A DNA stretch of 51,949 nucleotides, taken from positions 1 to 51,949 of the forward strand of contig DATGXW010000390.1 of assembly GCA_035298585.1 (NCBI GenBank), given 5' to 3'. Below, piece by piece: positions 1 to 7,865 of the stretch (position 1 is its first letter; each line of letters begins with the position of its first letter). Under the pieces are notes generated by a model, which searched no databases, was not told the origin of the DNA, and saw only the letters and a program-made list of their open reading frames with translations. The translations under genes were made by a program, and so were the position numbers. The stretch comes from Phycisphaerales bacterium. GTDB taxonomy: Bacteria; Planctomycetota; Phycisphaerae; Phycisphaerales; UBA1924.

Positions 1-232
1 ACCCTCCGCCAAAGCAGCCTCCGCACCCGGCCCTTCCGCGCCTCGCCCTTCTGCGCCCAAACCTTCCTCACCCAAGCAGCGCTCCGCCGCGAGCAAGCCC
101 GGTTCTTCCGCGGTCTCATCCGCCAAGGCCTCCGCACCACCTGCTTCCGCAAAGCCCGCCGCGGCCCGGCGTTCGCAGGCAAAGGCCAGCGCCAAGCCGG
201 CGGTCTCAAAGTCGGGCAAATCCAAACGCTGA
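1..232 (+). CDS. 3' end of a CDS entering from upstream of the window, encoding a basic Lys/Ala/Pro/Ser-rich low-complexity tail
   Basis: Frame 2 is open from the window edge to TGA at 230-232. It translates to PSAKAASAPGPSAPRPSAPKPSSPKQRSAASKPGSS...AKPAAARRSQAKASAKPAVSKSGKSKR*. It is absent from the ORF track because there is no start codon in the window. The composition is histone-H1-like, so function is unknown. Confidence 0.35.
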   Translation, partial: PSAKAASAPGPSAPRPSAPKPSSPKQRSAASKPGSSAVSSAKASAPPASAKPAAARRSQAKASAKPAVSKSGKSKR

Positions 233-240
233 GGAATCGC

Positions 241-759
241 TCAGCCTGCGCCGGCGGGCTTCACGGTCGTCGGTTGCACGGGCGCCGTGTCTGTTCGGGG
301 TTCGAGAGGGCTGTTGAGCAAAAGTTGCGCTTCTTCCATGATCAGGCGCGAGATCGCTTGGTCACCGAGCACACCCACGCGAATCCGGATCGATGTCACC
401 ATCGCCGTGTTCTGCACGAGGCGGACCTCGATATCTTCGCCGCGGATCTGGTCGGCGGAGATGTACACGTAGTCCTTTTCCTTCATCGTGCGATTGATCG
501 TAAAACCCAGGCGGATCAGGGCCTGTTCATAGGCGGTTGCGGCGATTTCGATCGTGCATTTTCGAGCCGCCCGCAGTTCACCCTCGATGAACGCCGACGT
601 GCCGGCCTCGGCGAGGCTCATCCCCGCGTTGGCGATCATCAGCGGCGGCGCGCAGGCGGGCATCAGGAGCACGCTCGCAAAGAGCAGAGCGCCGGTCGCG
701 ACGTTGCCTGGAACCTTTCCCGACCGGGCCGCGAACCGCGAGTATGGGCGCGAGTGTCT
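241..759 (-). CDS. small lipoprotein, DUF3568-like
   Basis: The ORF is 241..789 and I prefer the internal ATG at 759 (MRHSRPY...). It has a hydrophobic signal ending in LLMPAC (lipobox-like). The mature part (GELRAARKCTIEIAATAYEQALIRLGF...IEVRL...IRIRVGVLGDQAISRLIMEE) matches my recollection of the DUF3568 lipoprotein family. Confidence 0.55.
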   Translation of the reverse strand, partial: RHSRPYSRFAARSGKVPGNVATGALLFASVLLMPACAPPLMIANAGMSLAEAGTSAFIEGELRAARKCTIEIAATAYEQALIRLGFTINRTMKEKDYVYISADQIRGEDIEVRLVQNTAMVTSIRIRVGVLGDQAISRLIMEEAQLLLNSPLEPRTDTAPVQPTTVKPAGAG

Positions 760-947
760 CATGCGTCTTTGAAGTCGTGAGTCGTGCACGGTGACTGTTG
801 CAGCATATATATTGTCCAGCGCTGGAGCACGCGGGACTCCGAATGAAAGCCGGACTCGCTTCGTAAGCAGCGTTCATGAAGCACGACGAGCAAGGCCCTT
901 CTGATGTTCGTGTGCGTCAGAGAGTTTGAGAGTGATTGGGGGAATGA

Positions 948-3491
948 GTGGATCAGGGCGGCAGCGAGCGAGACGGGTCTCCGGAGGGCCCTTCGCCGAC
1001 GAATGCGGATGTGTCCAAGGCAGACGATTCAGCTCGGCCGCACGATGTCGATCCGTCCGCGCCGACGTCGATCGTGAACCCCGCGATGCCCACCGCGGCG
1101 CGAGGATCCTCCGGTGACGGCGACCACGCCGAGATTGAAACCAGGATCTATGCATCGCCATCCTTCAGCGGCGACCTGCGCGGCCATCGCATCGGCAACT
1201 ACCGCATCGAAGAGCGCATCGGCGGCGGCGGCATGGGCGTCGTCTATCTCGCGCGCCAGGACAATCCGCGCCGGCACGTGGCCATCAAGCTCATGCGGCA
1301 GGGGATCACCTCCAAGAGCGCCCGCGCCCGATTCGGCCAGGAAGCGGAGCTTGTCGCACGCCTGACGCACCCCGCCGTCGCGCAGGTCTTCGAGGCCGGG
1401 ATGCACCTCCCGCCCGACGCTCCCGACGCCGATCACGCCATCCCCTTTTTCGCGATGGAGTATGTCCGCGACGGCAAGCCCCTGACCGCCTACGCCGCGA
1501 TCAACCACCTCTCGATCCCCGACCGACTCAAGCTCTTCATCGAGGTCTGCCGCGGCGTCGAGCACGGCCACCGCCAGGGCGTGATTCATCGCGACCTCAA
1601 GCCCGCCAACATCCTCGTCAACGATTCCGGCCAGCCCAAGATCATCGATTACGGCGTCGCCGTGTGCATCAAGCCCGAAGAGGCCACCCCGCGCCACACC
1701 GAAACCGGGCAGATCGTCGGAACCATCCAGTACATGAGCCCCGAGCAGCTCTCGGGCTCCAAGACGTCAAAGCTCGACCCGCGCTCGGATATCTACGCGC
1801 TGGGCGTCATCCTCTACGAACTGATCTGCCGCCGGCTTCCCTACGACGTCGATGGCCGCTCGCTCGTGGAGGCGACGCGCGTCATCCTCGATCATCCACC
1901 CGTCAGCCCCAGGCAGCACATCGGCTCGATCGACGTGGACCTCGAGACGATCGTCCTGCACGCACTCGACAAGAACCGCGTCACCCGCTTCCAGACGGTC
2001 GGCGAACTCATCGAGCAGTGCGAGAAGTACCTCCGCGGCGAGATGATCGACATCAAGCCGGTCTCCCGCCTGACCAAGACCTGGCGCAGGTCGGTCGACG
2101 TCGCGACGCGCCGGTACGAGTGGGCAGCGCTGGGCATCATCGCGTTCGCCACCATCATCGCCGGCGACCGGCTCGACGCACTCCTGCACAACTACACCAA
2201 CGTCAAGGAGCTCACGTTCCACGCTCTTTTGACCTACGCCAGTCCGTACTCGGGCGGCGTCCCGCTCCGCGGTGTCGAGATGATCTCGGTCACGCCCGGC
2301 ACGGACTTGGCCGGCGCATCTCAAAGGGCCGGAACGCCCCCCGCCGGCATCGACGATCTCAAGACCGTCCGTCCCCTGTACGGCGCGCTGCTGCAGCGGC
2401 TCGCCGCCCTCCCCTCCCGCCCCCGCGCTGTGCTGCTTGATGTTCGATTCCGTGCCGATCAGGCCCCCGAGCTTGACGGCCCTCTTGCCGAAGGAGTTCG
2501 GGCGCTCGCCCGGCCGCGCGAAGGGCTCGAGCCCGTGGACGTGATCTGTGCACTTGGGTCGTGCGAGCCCGACGCCGAGGGATATCCGGTGGTCGCGCGG
2601 TCGCTCTTTGAGGCCGGCATCCGGTACGGAGATCCCAGTGTGCACATCGGTGAAGCGGGCGCCCAGTGGGTCCATCCCAAGGTTGTGCTTGCGACCAAGA
2701 ACCCCCGTGCACTGGCCATTCCCGGCATCGCTCTCCACACCTACCTGAGCGCCCGCTACCCGGGCGCCGAGTTCCTCGTCGAGCGTGATCTTTCGCGCCT
2801 GCGGCTTCAGATCTCTGCACACCAGCGAACGCCCGGCGGAACGATTGGCACCGGCAAGCTCAAAGGCGAGGAGTACATCAACTATCTGAGTGCGGCGAGC
2901 GTCAAGCCCGAGGACATCGAGTTCGGCATCCAGCCCGACGCGATCGTGCCCATCTTTGAAGTTCGGATGCCCTCGGAAGATCACCTGAGATCACATGATC
3001 TTGATCTTGCCCGGGCACTGCAGATGTCCGACGAGGGTCTTGCGGAGCGATTTGGTGGAAAGATCCTGGTCATCGGTATCCGGGAAACCGCTGCGGAAAC
3101 ATTCGAGCTCGCCGAGAATCGCCAGGCGTCTGGGATGGATATCCATGCCGCCGCGATCGCCTCACTGCTCCAAGGGATCAGCATCTCGCAGGGCGACTGG
3201 TTCGTCTTTCCGATCCTCGCCACCGCGGATGTTACATGGTCAGCGTTGGGGGCCATTGCTGGTGTAACCATCGGGACTTTCCTGCCGCGCCGAACCTGGC
3301 CGCGGATCGCCGCGCTCGCGTGTGCGTTCATCCTTCTGGCCGGTGCGGCTTGGGCGGCGATGCGGTTTGCCGATACATATTTCAACCCGGTGCCCGTGCT
3401 GGCATCGGTGATACTCGCCTCGGAAGCCTCGGCCCTGTTGTCCAGGGCGAGGATGCTCCGGCGCGAACACCAACCGTGGAGGTTTGCTTGA
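948..3491 (+). CDS. Hanks-type Ser/Thr protein kinase fused to a C-terminal CHASE2-like membrane sensor region
   Basis: This is a GTG-initiated 847-aa ORF. Kinase motifs are readable: GGGGMGVVY...VAIKLM, HRDLKPANILV, DYG (the DFG position) and GTIQYMSPEQ. The C-terminal ~450 aa ends in three hydrophobic helices (WFVFPILATA..., WPRIAALACAFILLAGAAWAA, PVPVLASVILASEASALL), as in CHASE2 domains. The start is uncertain, with an in-frame ATG at 1086. Confidence 0.88.
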   Translation: MDQGGSERDGSPEGPSPTNADVSKADDSARPHDVDPSAPTSIVNPAMPTAARGSSGDGDHAEIETRIYASPSFSGDLRGHRIGNYRIEERIGGGGMGVVYLARQDNPRRHVAIKLMRQGITSKSARARFGQEAELVARLTHPAVAQVFEAGMHLPPDAPDADHAIPFFAMEYVRDGKPLTAYAAINHLSIPDRLKLFIEVCRGVEHGHRQGVIHRDLKPANILVNDSGQPKIIDYGVAVCIKPEEATPRHTETGQIVGTIQYMSPEQLSGSKTSKLDPRSDIYALGVILYELICRRLPYDVDGRSLVEATRVILDHPPVSPRQHIGSIDVDLETIVLHALDKNRVTRFQTVGELIEQCEKYLRGEMIDIKPVSRLTKTWRRSVDVATRRYEWAALGIIAFATIIAGDRLDALLHNYTNVKELTFHALLTYASPYSGGVPLRGVEMISVTPGTDLAGASQRAGTPPAGIDDLKTVRPLYGALLQRLAALPSRPRAVLLDVRFRADQAPELDGPLAEGVRALARPREGLEPVDVICALGSCEPDAEGYPVVARSLFEAGIRYGDPSVHIGEAGAQWVHPKVVLATKNPRALAIPGIALHTYLSARYPGAEFLVERDLSRLRLQISAHQRTPGGTIGTGKLKGEEYINYLSAASVKPEDIEFGIQPDAIVPIFEVRMPSEDHLRSHDLDLARALQMSDEGLAERFGGKILVIGIRETAAETFELAENRQASGMDIHAAAIASLLQGISISQGDWFVFPILATADVTWSALGAIAGVTIGTFLPRRTWPRIAALACAFILLAGAAWAAMRFADTYFNPVPVLASVILASEASALLSRARMLRREHQPWRFA

Positions 3492-4327
3492 AACACGTCT
3501 TTGTTCGGTCCTTGGTGGTCCTGGGTCTTGCGACCCTGGCCGGGTGTGCACATCATCCAAAGACCATCTTGAAGATGGTCCCGTGCGTCGATTCGGATCC
3601 GTACGAACCCGGCGCCACCGGCTTTGCCGCCGCGCCGACCAACGCACCCCAGACCAGCCCGATGGTCCCCGCGCCGGTCCTCAAACTCGTCCACCGTCCC
3701 GTTCCCCCGAGCACCGCGCCGCTCAAAGTCTACTACGCGATGGTCTCGCCCTATCCGGCGAACCTTTCCACGAATCTCAGATACCCCGTCGATGCGCGGC
3801 AATTGACTTACCAGGCCGACTGGGCGACGGCGAGCGCTGCGAGCTCTTCATCGTCCGGCGGTGGTTATACGCCCGGCTCCACGCTCGGCTTTGCCGCCCC
3901 CGCGCTGGTGGATGAATACCAGGTCGCGATGATGTCTTTGACCCTGGGGACCGGGTGGGTCTACCTCACCGGCGAGCGCCCGATCGTCAAGACGAAGCGC
4001 GTTATCGGGGCCGCCGACGGCACGACGTTCATCTGCCAGGTCGCCGAGCGCGACGGGATCGAGTACTACCGCTTCGGGCTCTTCTTCCCCTCCGGCGCAC
4101 CCGCGACCGACGCGGTGACGCTCACGGGAACCGACGCCTCGGGCAGCACGTCCGTCCAGATCAACCAGACGACGCCGTACGCGGTGTACGCCTACGACAC
4201 CTCGACCGCGTCCGGCTCGTGGGTGACGTCCGCGACGGTCGGGACGGGGTACACCTGGGATAACTTCGCCCGGGCGATCCATGATGCGACCACGCAGGCG
4301 GCGCTCGCGGCGCTGCCGGTTCCATGA
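3476..4327 (+). CDS. lipoprotein of unknown function (paralog 1 of a tandem pair)
   Basis: The frame is open from 3236, but upstream of 3476 it overlaps the kinase. GTG 3476 and TTG 3488 sit on the kinase stop (TGA 3489-3491). The N-terminus KHVFVRSLVVLGLATLAGC is a lipoprotein signal plus lipobox. The C-terminal half is paralogous to the next gene. Confidence 0.6.
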   Translation: MEVCLKHVFVRSLVVLGLATLAGCAHHPKTILKMVPCVDSDPYEPGATGFAAAPTNAPQTSPMVPAPVLKLVHRPVPPSTAPLKVYYAMVSPYPANLSTNLRYPVDARQLTYQADWATASAASSSSSGGGYTPGSTLGFAAPALVDEYQVAMMSLTLGTGWVYLTGERPIVKTKRVIGAADGTTFICQVAERDGIEYYRFGLFFPSGAPATDAVTLTGTDASGSTSVQINQTTPYAVYAYDTSTASGSWVTSATVGTGYTWDNFARAIHDATTQAALAALPVP

Positions 4328-4349
4328 TGTTCAAGACCGAAAGGTGACG

Positions 4350-4898
4350 ATGAGCGCTCCTGACACCACGCCCCTCCCGCCCGCACGCGTATTCGCCTCC
4401 CCGACCTCGGGGGGGATGATGCGTGCGTATGTCCAGCCGCTGGACGCGGCGGATGCACACACCGAGGTGGTCCGGGTCACGCTCCCGGGCGACCCCGCCG
4501 CGGCGAGGTCGGGTGGAATCCCAAGCCTGGGGCTGCAGGCAAGCGCGGTATCGATCGGTGTGGGTTGGATCTGGATCATCGGTCACCGTCCCGTGGTCAA
4601 GACCCGTCGTGTCGTCGGCAGCGCTGACGGCACGACGTTTTATGTTCGCTCCGGCGAATCGGTCGATCAGTTCTACTTCGTGGGACCGCCGGGAAGCCGC
4701 GTGACGATCACGCACTTCCCCGCGGTCCCCGGCCGTGCGCCGGCGGTCATCGACGCGGCCAATCCATATGCGGAATGCACATCAACTTCGGCGGTGGTCC
4801 GCGTCCTGAACCGGTCTGCCCCGGCGGACGCGGAGTTCCTTGATCTTGTGGCGCAGGCGCGCCAGGCCGCGGCCGCCGCGGGCGTTGCGGAGCACTGA
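4350..4898 (+). CDS. hypothetical protein (paralog 2, no signal peptide seen)
   Basis: ATG 4350 is preceded by AAAGG. The core IGVGWIWIIGHRPVVKTRRVVGSADGTTF aligns with LGTGWVYLTGERPIVKTKRVIGAADGTTF of the preceding gene (18 of 29 identical by eye). Confidence 0.55.
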   Translation: MSAPDTTPLPPARVFASPTSGGMMRAYVQPLDAADAHTEVVRVTLPGDPAAARSGGIPSLGLQASAVSIGVGWIWIIGHRPVVKTRRVVGSADGTTFYVRSGESVDQFYFVGPPGSRVTITHFPAVPGRAPAVIDAANPYAECTSTSAVVRVLNRSAPADAEFLDLVAQARQAAAAAGVAEH

Positions 4899-4914
4899 GC
4901 ATCGCGGATGTGCA

Positions 4915-5208
4915 TCAGTCGCGGATCGGCACGATCAGCGGCGCGACAAACTGGATGAACACGAAGATGATCGCGCCCAGCGCGATGATCCACAGGATGA
5001 TCTGCAGGGTCATCACGATCACCTGCCGCCAGTAGGTCGAAAGGTCCGGCAGGCGCACCGCCTTGTACACCATCGAGATCAGGAACGCCATCGGTATCAG
5101 CAGCATGAACCACGTCCGGTGTGCATCGATCGGATCGATGAACGGACGCCAGGTTGCAAGGACCGCCGAGACGTCGGCGAGGGGCGCGGCGAAGGGAGCG
5201 ATGCTCAT
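4915..5208 (-). CDS. small integral membrane protein (97 aa, about 3 TM)
   Basis: The internal ATG at 5208 (MSIAPFAAPL...) overlaps the stop of the upstream gene as ATGA. Hydrophobic helices are present (WFMLLIPMAFLISMVY and VIVMTLQIILWIIALGAIIFVFIQFVAPLIV). The N-terminal part of the 213-aa track ORF is Arg/Pro-rich junk. Confidence 0.55.
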   Translation of the reverse strand: MSIAPFAAPLADVSAVLATWRPFIDPIDAHRTWFMLLIPMAFLISMVYKAVRLPDLSTYWRQVIVMTLQIILWIIALGAIIFVFIQFVAPLIVPIRD

Positions 5209-5762
5209 GCTCCTTCTCCTTCGCGGCGACGGATACGCGGGAACATCGCGTCGATCGCGACGATCAGGTTCATCATCCCCGCCACGGCGCAGAAGAGTGT
5301 TCCCAGCTCGTTCACCTTGGCCAGCGACTTCATGTTGGGAGGAGGCTGGGTGGGCTTGCCGTCCTGCATCGGCGACCTTTGCGGCGGCTTGAGCTCGAAG
5401 AACGCCGCGCCGGGATCGCGGATCTCGCCCGGGAGGGCCGTCCGGGCCACCGGCGCCCGGCCGCGGATGGATGGATCGAGCACCTTGAAGTGGTTCTGGT
5501 GGATGTAGTCGACGCCAAAGGCGATCGGTCCCACCAGCCCCTGGGCCATAAACCACAGACGGTCTTCCTGCTTGTCGACGACGTCGATGCCGCCGACGAG
5601 CAGGCCGCTGAAAAAGAGGCCCAGCACCCCGATGCCGATGTAGATCCCGCGGCGGACCTGCCCGCCCGCCACATGGCCAAGCCCGGGAAAGATCAGGGCC
5701 GCGGCGCCGTAATGCGGTCGAAACTCGACGGGCGCTCGGGGATCAAATGCGGTTGAATCCAT
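5205..5762 (-). CDS. membrane protein of unknown function (185 aa)
   Basis: ATG 5762 starts MDSTAFDPRAPVEF.... TM segments are present (AAALIFPGLGHVAGG, GIYIGIGVLGLFFSGLLVGGI, LGTLFCAVAGMMNLIVAI). It is translationally coupled to the 4915..5208 gene. Confidence 0.6.
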   Translation of the reverse strand: MDSTAFDPRAPVEFRPHYGAAALIFPGLGHVAGGQVRRGIYIGIGVLGLFFSGLLVGGIDVVDKQEDRLWFMAQGLVGPIAFGVDYIHQNHFKVLDPSIRGRAPVARTALPGEIRDPGAAFFELKPPQRSPMQDGKPTQPPPNMKSLAKVNELGTLFCAVAGMMNLIVAIDAMFPRIRRREGEGA

Positions 5763-5860
5763 GGGGGTATGTACTTCGTGTACCGCCGCGAGTTCACAGG
5801 CCGGGAGGTCCGCACGTGTGCAGCGGGCCCGGCACCCGGGGGGAAAGACACCCCACGCGT

Positions 5861-5888
5861 TTGACATGGCGCACGGGGTCGTTACTTT
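5861..5888 (+). promoter_or_regulatory. candidate sigma70-type promoter (TTGACA-16 nt-TACTTT) facing the acidic-protein gene
   Basis: TTGACA lies at 5861-5866, followed by a 16-nt spacer and TACTTT at 5883-5888. A full -35 consensus is uncommon in this G+C-rich context. If it is used, the leader before ATG 6232 would be ~335 nt. Confidence 0.3.
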
Positions 5889-6231
5889 ACCGCCGTTTTG
5901 GCAACCCCGCCGGACGGCCTCGGGTACTTCCGGAAGGGAAATGAAAGCCGCTGGGGGTAGTGGACGCCGGACTTGGGCAGGTAACAATCGGGCGATGGGA
6001 AGATCCCGCCCGGCCTCTTCCAGAAGCGCGGGTCGGCGAACCCTCCGATCCTTCGCGTGCTTCCGGACTCGTGCCCGGCATGAACTCGGAGGATCGACGC
6101 AAGGTGTGAGCCGTTTCATGCAGACGGTGCTTGAGCAGGTGATTCGATCGTCCGATCTCGGGGTTTTCCAGTCGGTATCGGGACGTGGGTGGGTGCGAGC
6201 AGTGAGCGTTTCAAGGAACAAGGGTGAACCG

Positions 6232-6546
6232 ATGACCACTTCAATTCAGCAGCACGAGAGTGTGGAACTCGCCGTCGCGGTGCTCGACCCCGTGGTCGAA
6301 GATGCACAGTCGGCGCCCGCATGGCTCCTCCCGGGCGATGACCCGGCCGTCCCGCCGTTCGCCGGCTACGACGATGAAGATGAAGACGAGGATGTCGATG
6401 AGGATGAGTTCTCAGACGATGAGTTTGAGGATGACGACGAGTTTGAGGACGACGACGAGGATTTCCTCGAGGACGACGACGACGAACTGGATGATGAAGA
6501 GGAATCGGACGAAGAAGACGATTCCGACGAGGACGACGACTTCTGA
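6232..6546 (+). CDS. poly-acidic small protein (104 aa; the C-terminal ~60 aa is almost entirely Asp/Glu)
   Basis: ATG 6232 lies after AAGGAACAAGGGTGAA. The sequence is MTTSIQQHESVELAVAVLDPVVEDAQ...YDDEDEDEDVDEDEFSDDEFEDDDEFEDDDEDFLEDDDDELDDEEESDEEDDSDEDDDF*. It contains an 18-nt tandem duplication, GAGTTTGAGGAYGACGAC x2, at 6421-6456. The same frame is open from 5761, but that upstream part looks non-coding. Confidence 0.6.
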   Translation: MTTSIQQHESVELAVAVLDPVVEDAQSAPAWLLPGDDPAVPPFAGYDDEDEDEDVDEDEFSDDEFEDDDEFEDDDEDFLEDDDDELDDEEESDEEDDSDEDDDF

Positions 6547-6549
6547 TCC

Positions 6550-7146
6550 ATGGCCGGCCCGGAGCCGGCGCGGGACCCTGATAAAGGGACCGGACCATGC
6601 GGTCGTGTCGAGGTTCTCGGGCATCCGGAACCACACATGACCGGCCACCAGCCTTCCAGCCATCGTCAACGCCAGGACCAGAACCCACACGCCGCCAGCG
6701 GCAAGGCCGACGCTGCTGCACATGCGGGCCCGGGCATTCCGCGACTCCCCGATGGATCCGTGGTTGATCGCCGAACGATTCCCGATCGACGAGCGCTGGC
6801 CGACAAGGCCGACGGCGGAGAGATCTCCGGGCTCGAGCGGCGCCGGGGCCCGGGGCGGCGGCTCTCTGATTTCCAGCGTTCCGCCGAAGAAGGCGAGCTG
6901 ACCCCCGAGCAGTTCCTCTTCATCATCGCGATCGATGAGTTCAAGAAGGGCAACGGCAAGACCTTCCCCTCGTGGACCGACGTCCTTGAGGTGATCCGGC
7001 TGCTTGGTTATCGCAAGACCCAGCCGAGCGAACTCAACCTGCTCCGGGCCGAAGACTGGAACGAGCCCCACGATGCGCCCGCGCGGGTTCGCCCCAGCCG
7101 CTGGCAGGAGCGGTTCCGGAGCGATGAGCACCGCGACGCGGCATAA
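6550..7146 (+). CDS. hypothetical protein with an Arg-rich linker and a conserved-looking C-terminal domain
   Basis: It starts 3 nt after the acidic gene's stop. DRR/ERRRGPGRR motifs are followed by LSDFQRSAEEGELTPEQFLFIIAIDEFKKGNGKTFPSWTDVLEVIRLLGYRKT, with strong GC3 bias. The true start may be internal, because GC3 is weak in the N-terminal ~60 codons. Confidence 0.6.
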   Translation: MAGPEPARDPDKGTGPCGRVEVLGHPEPHMTGHQPSSHRQRQDQNPHAASGKADAAAHAGPGIPRLPDGSVVDRRTIPDRRALADKADGGEISGLERRRGPGRRLSDFQRSAEEGELTPEQFLFIIAIDEFKKGNGKTFPSWTDVLEVIRLLGYRKTQPSELNLLRAEDWNEPHDAPARVRPSRWQERFRSDEHRDAA

Positions 7147-7154
7147 AGGCTGAG

Positions 7155-7856
7155 TCAATCCCGAAGCGAGACGGGCGGGGAGAGCACTTCATTCATGATG
7201 ATCGCGCGCCGCCAGTCCTGGGGCGTGATGGATGCGCCGTGCACAAGTGGGACACGCGGAGACCGCGCGGATGGTTCCAGCGCGGCCGACGGCGCTCGCA
7301 GCACGCTCGCGGCCGCCTCGGCCATGCCGGCACGAGCCTGTTCTTCCGCGGCCCGTCGAGGGGCCGCCGGCTGAGAAGCCGCTTGCAGGGGCGCATTCTG
7401 CCCTGTCGGCGGACGTTCCGCCGCCGTGTTGCGATCCTTGCGCTGCCCGCCGCGGTCGCGCGGGCGCTCCGATCGGTCCTGTGACCGCGGCTGTTGCTGC
7501 TGGCGTTGACGCTGCCTCTGGTTGGGCACGGATGCGGGACGACCCGGCTGCACCGGGGTTGGGACTGGCCTTGGCAATTCCCCTCCCGCACCCGCCTGAC
7601 GACGACGAAGCTCTTCGAGCTGGCGCTTGCGACGCTCGGCGAGTTCCTTTGCTTCCACACTTGCATTGACAGGCACGGGCGCCTGTGCGGGGATCTCGCG
7701 GCCGGTCCGCAGCGATTCGAGCTGCGCACGCGTCTGCTTCTCTTCCAGCGCCCGCTTCTCGGCGTGTTCGCGCAGCTTGCGGAGCACCCATCCCACTCCG
7801 GAGCTGCCCGCGATCAGCGCAAAGACGATGAGTTGGAAGAGCTGCTGGTTGTTCAC
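7155..7856 (-). CDS. N-terminally membrane-anchored low-complexity (Arg/Gln/Pro/Ala-rich) protein
   Basis: This is a GTG-start ORF. The TM anchor is LFQLIVFALIAGSSGVGWVL, followed by a charged coiled/low-complexity region and a distinct C-terminus, ITPQDWRRAIIMNEVLSPPVSLRD. It lies 9 nt downstream of the ABC ATPase gene. Confidence 0.5.
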   Translation of the reverse strand: MNNQQLFQLIVFALIAGSSGVGWVLRKLREHAEKRALEEKQTRAQLESLRTGREIPAQAPVPVNASVEAKELAERRKRQLEELRRRQAGAGGELPRPVPTPVQPGRPASVPNQRQRQRQQQQPRSQDRSERPRDRGGQRKDRNTAAERPPTGQNAPLQAASQPAAPRRAAEEQARAGMAEAAASVLRAPSAALEPSARSPRVPLVHGASITPQDWRRAIIMNEVLSPPVSLRD

Positions 7857-7865
7857 GGCATCATC

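Noticed and set aside
5915-5965. A possible SRP (4.5S) RNA, because of the CUUCC-GGAA-GGGAA tetraloop-like element.
   Set aside because: The flanks do not reproduce the conserved helix-8 internal loops (AGCA/GGAAGCAGCC type). I also could not fold a long closing hairpin by hand. Only a covariance-model scan could rescue this.
5761-6231. An in-frame 157-codon extension of the acidic protein, giving the 261-aa track ORF.
   Set aside because: GC3 is mixed, the translation is Arg/Ser/Gly-rich, and ATG 5761 overlaps the divergent gene start at 5762. A good SD-like sequence precedes ATG 6232. An alternative start at ATG 6118 cannot be excluded.
6361-6546. A short-period DNA repeat that might be mistaken for a repeat array or CRISPR.
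   Set aside because: The repeats are GAY/GAR codon runs and one 18-nt duplication inside a coding Asp/Glu tract. There are no spacers and no repeat-spacer periodicity. No CRISPR array was seen anywhere in the window.
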